Assembly: GCA_009914755.4 (NCBI GenBank) | Contig: CP068257.2 | Span: 31,520,001-31,584,000, forward strand | Direction: 5' to 3' | Source: the human T2T-CHM13v2.0 reference genome, Homo sapiens | DNA length: 64,000 nt | Part shown: positions 58,071 to 64,000 of the stretch, in pieces | Layout: each line of letters begins with the position of its first letter | Numbering within the stretch: the first letter of the stretch is position 1 | Program-made: the position numbers and the translations under genes | Notes under the pieces: generated by a model | Seen by the model: only the letters and a program-made list of their open reading frames with translations | Told to the model about the DNA's origin: nothing | Databases searched by the model: none

Positions 58071-58566
58071 TTCTAAGACCAATGAACAAGAAAAAAGAGA
58101 CTTACACTTGCCCGGACTTAAAAGTATAGATCAGGAATATTTGTGTCATAATGTTAAATTATATAAAATTAGATTTACTATATATCATTGTCTAAATCAG
58201 AATACCTTTGAGAGTAAAAGGTATTATTTAAGAATTATATCAGGAAAAGACAAAGTAAACTAGGACTGTCTCAGGCAAATCAGGACATATGGTCAGTCAT
58301 GGTATATAAAATAGATCAGAAAATATGAAGGATGAGGAGGGCCCCCAAAATGATAAAAAGTTTAATTCCCCTAGTATATATAAAGCAAAAATTGATAGAA
58401 ATATACAGATAAATTGATAAATCCACCTTCACAGTGGGAGATTTTAGCATACCATTGTAAATAATGGGTCAAGTAAACAAAAAAACTCAGCAGGAATGTA
58501 AAAGATTTGAACTTCACCCAATGAATACAGAAAGTTATGCCTCGAAAACTTAAATGATACATTTTT

Positions 58567-58909
<343 letters not shown>

Positions 58910-59059
58910 TCACTCTAAGAATTATACCTAAAATGCTTGCACACATACAAGAATGTTCATAGCACCACAGTTCTCAATAACCAAAAACTGGAAACAACTC
59001 AACTGCTCATCAAGAAAAGGGAGAAGAATAAACTATGGTTGTATTCATTTTCTATTGCT

Positions 59060-59700
59060 ACGTAACAAATGACAAACGTAGCGGCTTGAAACAGCACCCA
59101 TTTATTATCTCAGTTCTATAGGTCAGATGTCTGGACATGTCATGGCTGGGTTCTCTACTCAGGGGCCCACCAGGCTGAAATTAAGGTGTTGGCAGGGCTG
59201 CAATCTCATCTGAAGGTGAGGGCCCTCTTCCCAGCTCACTGGTTGTTGGCAGAATTGAGTTCCTAGAGGGTGAAGGAGTGAGTCTCCACCATCTTGCTAG
59301 CTGTCAGCTGGAGCCATTCTCAGCTTCTAGAGGTTGCTGGCCCCATGGTGTTTTCCACGACATGAAAGTTATCTTCTGCAAGGCTGGCAGGAGATTTTCA
59401 CTGCTACTTTGGATGTCTGACTTGCCTGCCTCTGACTCTAGACCCAGGTTTAAAGTGTTCATGTGATTAGATCAAGCTCCCTTCCTTGATCTAATCAAGG
59501 AAGGGCATTAATTATGTCTGCAAATTATGAAGGGCATTAATTATGTCTGCAAAACCCATCACAGTAGCACCTAGATTCAAGTTTGATTGAACACTGTATG
59601 TTCCCCAGGGCCCAGAATCTTGGCAGCCATCTTCAAATTCTGCGTCCTACAATGATCTATTCACACAGTGAAATATTACACAGCAGTCAGGTAGAGTGGA
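59060..59700 (-). mobile_element. LTR-like interspersed repeat (MaLR/ERV-related; family uncertain)
   Basis: tctattgctacgtaacaaatgacaaacgtagcggcttgaaacagcacccatttattatctcagttctataggtcagatgtctggacatgtcatggctgggttctctactcaggggcccaccaggctgaaattaaggtgttggcagggctgcaatctcatctgaaggtgagggccctcttcccagctcac follows the widespread motif tgctgtgtaacaaattaccacaaacttagtggcttaaaacaacacccatttattatctcacagttctgtaggtcagaagtc... Confidence 0.5.
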
Positions 59701-60070
59701 TGATAGCTGCCTTCAACAAAAGGATGAGGCTTGGCAATTTGATATATAGAAAATATAGACCCAAAAGACTGTAAATTTAAAACAACTAAAATTTTAAAAG
59801 TACATTTAAGGAACACATATAGAAAATATAAAGCAATATAAAAAAGAAAGGAAGGAGAGGAACTGGATTCTGAATTCATTGCCCAGATTTGGGGGAAGCA
59901 GGAGGAGGGGTCTGTGGGTTCATAGATGCCATTATACTATTTAAAATAACTAATGAATAACTAACTAAATTAAAGCAGGAGAAATATGGACCAATGAGAA
60001 GAGAATGTCATGAATGAATGCTTATGATTTTTCCTATTCTGTGCACCTGATGTCTAACAATGAAGAAGTT

Positions 60071-60367
60071 CGGCCTCGATGGCTCATACCTGTAATCCCA
60101 GCACTCTGGGAGGCCAACGGGGGTGGATCACTTGAGCCCAGGAGTTTGAGACCAGCCTGAGCAACATGGCAAAACCGTGTCTCTACAAAAAATACAGAAA
60201 AATTAGCTGGGCATGGTGGGGTGCACCTGCAGTCCCAGCTACTGGGGAGGCTGAGTGGGAGGACCACTTGAGCCTGAGAGTTTGAGGCTGCAGTGACCTG
60301 TGGTTGCACCACTGCACTCCAGCGTGGGCAACAGAGCAAGATCCTGTCTAAAAAAAAAAAAAAAAAG
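60071..60367 (+). mobile_element. Alu SINE, slightly 5'-truncated, poly-A17
   Basis: ggcctcgatggctcatacctgtaatcccagcactctgggaggccaacgggggtggatcacttgagcccaggagtttgagaccagcctgagcaacatggcaaaaccgtgtctctac...ctccagcgtgggcaacagagcaagatcctgtctaaaaaaaaaaaaaaaaag. Confidence 0.9.
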
Positions 60368-60706
60368 ATTAGGAAAACAAAAAAGATTAAAAAGATTTGA
60401 GAAATGAAAGAACATATTATGGAATTACAAAATGTGTTCCCTCCAGGGCCGGCGAAGCAGCCTGGTTTCCAGATAGCACCAAAGAAGCGCCAAGGGATTT
60501 GTCTCCTCAGGTCAAACCTCTCTCCCTGGAAAACTTCCAAAATGTAAATCGAAATTATTATTTGTTCTTGGAGAAGCCTAGTCAGAAAATACTAAGGATA
60601 ATCAGGTGGCACTGTCACCCCTGAGACCTCAGTCGGCCTCTTACTCCTGTTTCCTCCACCCCTGCCCAGGCACCACTAGTTCCTTTGCAGCAGCATTTAA
60701 AAACAC

Positions 60707-60810
60707 TCAGTGGCGCACTGTGGGAGGCGGAGGCAGGATGATCACTTCAGCCCAGGAATTAGAATCCAGCCTGGGCAACATAGTGAGACCCGGTGTCTAT
60801 TCAAAAAAAA
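60707..60810 (+). mobile_element. Alu left-monomer fragment (FLAM-like)
   Basis: cactcagtggcgcactgtgggaggcggaggcaggatgatcacttcagcccaggaattagaatccagcctgggcaacatagtgagacccggtgtctattcaaaaaaaaaa. Confidence 0.7.
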
Positions 60811-62411
60811 AATTCTTTTAATTATAAAAATAGAAAAATAAACACACTCAAGACTTTCCCATTTAGGGGAGAAAAAAAAAGAAAGAATGAAGCAGGACCC
60901 CTCTCCTCCCCCACATCTGCCTCCAGCTGCAACATATCTCCCTTCCTTGCCTTCCTAGCAAACTTGTCGATAACAAGTCCTCTACATTCTTGTCTCGTCC
61001 CCTCCCCATTGTGCAAAACCTGCACTCAACCAAGTCACCAGTGACTTGTTCAGCACTTAATCCTCCTGATATCTCAGTGACCTTGGACTCTGTCAGCCAC
61101 TTCCTCCCAGAACCCTTTGTCTTCGCAGCTGTGATGGCGCTCTGGTGGCTTTTCTATAATCTCTCTGCTCCTTTTCTGTCTCGTCTGCTCGCTGTTGCCT
61201 GTAGCTCTGCCCTCACATCCTGTTTCCTTTCTCCAATCTCTCTGGAATAGTTCATCTGCACTCACAGGACCAACTGTTGCCAGACACTGCTGGTCTCCAG
61301 ATCCACTCTCGCAGTCTAAATCGTCTTCATTCTGGACATATGGAAGCAGCCGCCTCCAGGAAACCTCTGCAATGCCCTTAGCAATTCCACCTCTCTGTGC
61401 CTTCAGTTGAATGAATCATTTCTTTCACCCTCAGCATGCTGCTTCTTGTTGTATACTATATTAGGGTTCTCCAGAGAAACAGAACCAATGAGGTATGTGT
61501 GTAGAGGGAGAGAGAAGGGGAGAGAGGGAGAAAGAGAGGAAAACTGATTGGTTTTAAGGAGTTGACTCATAAGATTGTGGGGGCTGGCAAGTCTGAAACT
61601 TGCAGGCCAGGCCAGCAGGCTGGAGACCCAGGGGAAGGTTGATGTTGCAGCTTGAGTCTGAAGGCAGCTAGAAACAGAATTCCCTCTTGCTCAGGGACTT
61701 CAGTCTTTTCTCCTGAGGCTGATCTGATGAGGCCAGGCCCCATTATGGAGGATAATCTGCTTTATTCATGGTACGTGTTTTCACATCTTTAAAATACCTT
61801 CACAGCAACATCTAGGCTGGTGCCTGACCAAACAACTGGGTACTGTGGCCCAGCAAAATTAACACATGAAATTAACCATCACACATACCATCTTAGAAAA
61901 TGGTTCCACCGTCTAACAGATGCCTTAATCCAGGATCCTGGGAGTTTGCCTCAGTTCCTTATATGACCCAAACTTCACACAGCCAATCTAGCACCAAATT
62001 TTATGTACTCCTCTTCCTCAACATTTCTCATCCACTCCCACTGCCTCCTAGTCCAGGGCTCTATTACATCTGAACTGCTACAAGAGTATCCTCGCTGCAC
62101 TCAAGTTTCCAGTCTTACTTTCTCCAGATCTTTCCTAGACACAGCAAAAGAGAGAGAAAGCTTGTTAACTTGTGAATCAGATCATGTTGAATTTCCTACA
62201 TCATCTGGATTCCTCACAAATGCCACAGCTGTCACACAGTCTGGTACAGGTGGGATCTCTCATTGACTCAGACATCATGAGTGTTATTGGTATGTGATTT
62301 TCCAAAATGGAGAAGAACTCGTGGTAAATTTCTGAACAAAACAGAGTACAATCTTCTCTCAATTTACACAGCAGTTACAATTCTGGAAAATGCAGTGATA
62401 TTAAAACCCTA

Positions 62412-62755
62412 CTATCTGAGTCTGCATGGCTGCTATAATAAAATACCATCAAATGGGTGGCTTAAGCAGCAGAAATTTCTTTCTCACAGTTCTGGAGGCT
62501 TGGAGGGCAAGATCAAGAGTTGGTTATTGGTGAGGGCTCTCTTCCTGGCTTGTGGATGGCCGTCTTCTTGCCGTGTCCTTACTTGTAGGGACAGTGAGAA
62601 TTCTCTCCTGTCCCTTCTTATAAGGGCACTAATCTCATTGTGAGGGCTCCATCTTCATGATCATGACTTAGTCACCTCCCAAAGGTTCAACCTTCAAATA
62701 CCATCACATCAGGTGCTAGGACCTTAACATATGAATTTGAGGGGTCACGATTCAG
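62412..62755 (-). mobile_element. MaLR solo LTR (MLT1-like), reverse orientation
   Basis: ggctgctataataaaataccatcaaatgggtggcttaagcagcagaaatttctttctcacagttctggaggcttggagggcaagatcaagagttggttattggtgagggctctcttcctggcttgtggatggccgtcttcttgccgtgtccttacttgtagggacagtgagaattctctcctgtcccttcttataagggcactaatctcattgtgagggctccatcttcatgatc...ccaaaggttcaaccttcaaataccatcacatcaggtgctaggaccttaacatatgaatttgaggggtcacgattcag. Confidence 0.85.
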
Positions 62756-63211
62756 AAAGTATGGTAAAATGTAAAACAGAGTTAGGTTCTAAGCTCAACT
62801 CATTAGAAACATGTTTTGTTTTTGTTTTTGTTTTTTACCTACAAAAAGATCTAACCATGGATTCAAGAGTCTTGAAGAGCTCAGAACTACTTTCAACATG
62901 GGAGACCATCCTGAAATTACAGAATATTTAGCATCTCTGGCCTCTACCCACCAAGTGCCAGTAGCACCTGCCCATCATCATGATAACCAATTCTGATCCC
63001 ACAACTTTCCACAATGTCTCCCGGGGGGGTGAACATACCCCACCACTGGACTTCTACCACTAACCCCAACCCACACATGTAGCTCAAGCCCAACTTTCTA
63101 ATCACATATCTCAGTCCTTTAGCCAGGAATCCCATTTTCCTACCATGGCACTCTCTACTCCAGAGTCATTCATCATGAACCCTCCCCCTAAAGCTTTGGC
63201 ATTCTTACTGA

Positions 63212-63561
<350 letters not shown>

Positions 63562-64000
63562 CTGAATGCTTATTCTTTTGCTGACTTTATCATCCTCACC
63601 TTTTTTCCTTCCCAATTTCCAGAGCCAGTGGAAATTCCTTCATCACTCCCCAATCAGTTAATCAGAAACAAAATAATCCAATTTGGGCTCTGAACTCGAG
63701 GGGTTCAGTAAATATTGTTTGCAAACAAATGTCATCCTCACTTTTCCTGGCTACACCTGCCTGAGGGATGAACAGGAAGAGGTCTGAACAGCAACAAAAT
63801 GATTCTGGAAACATTACTTGGTTCTTCTCTCACACCCAGAGAAATTATTGAAATTTCAAGTGCAAGTTCGCTCCCTGCCAGCATCATAGATCATTCGAGT
63901 CCCCAAAGTGTGGTTTGGAGCTCTCCAGAATTGCACTTTTGGCAGGATTCCCTACAGCATTCTTCTGTGAGTTTCCTACAGCTCTCCCTGTGGGGGACAC

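Overview
This window is primate (almost certainly human) nuclear genomic DNA, not a prokaryotic or phage locus. The sequence is saturated with Alu SINEs. I count about 37 Alu or Alu-monomer copies on both strands, many with poly-A tails and target-site duplications. It also contains MIR fragments, L1 3' ends, an old L1 with an ORF1 remnant, three MADE1 (Hsmar1-derived) MITEs, several MaLR/ERVL-type solo LTRs, and many microsatellites and minisatellites. No bacterial-style gene organisation is present: no operon, defence system, CRISPR array, tRNA or rRNA. I could not support any protein-coding exon from sequence alone. Nearly all ORFs in the supplied track are translations of repeats (Alu antisense, GA, TTGG and VNTR tracts) or short random ORFs. 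The most unusual structures are these. (1) A 216-bp inverted duplication, each arm carrying a MADE1 MITE, flanks a 1-kb spacer that holds an AT-rich minisatellite and a 102-aa ORF (35472-36926). (2) A 48-bp x ~8 VNTR abuts an MLT1-type LTR (29073-29472). (3) A ~600-bp compound (TTGG)n/(TTGC)n tetranucleotide tract lies at 39883-40477. (4) A 49-bp tandem expansion sits inside an MLT1-type LTR. (5) An Alu has been partly tandem-duplicated together with its target-site duplication. (6) Young AluY-like insertions are present, one with a 43-A tail. (7) There are several near-perfect hairpins and H-DNA/Z-DNA-prone tracts. All calls rest on direct reading of the sequence and my memory of repeat consensus sequences. 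Coordinates of repeat ends are approximate, typically +/-5-10 bp.
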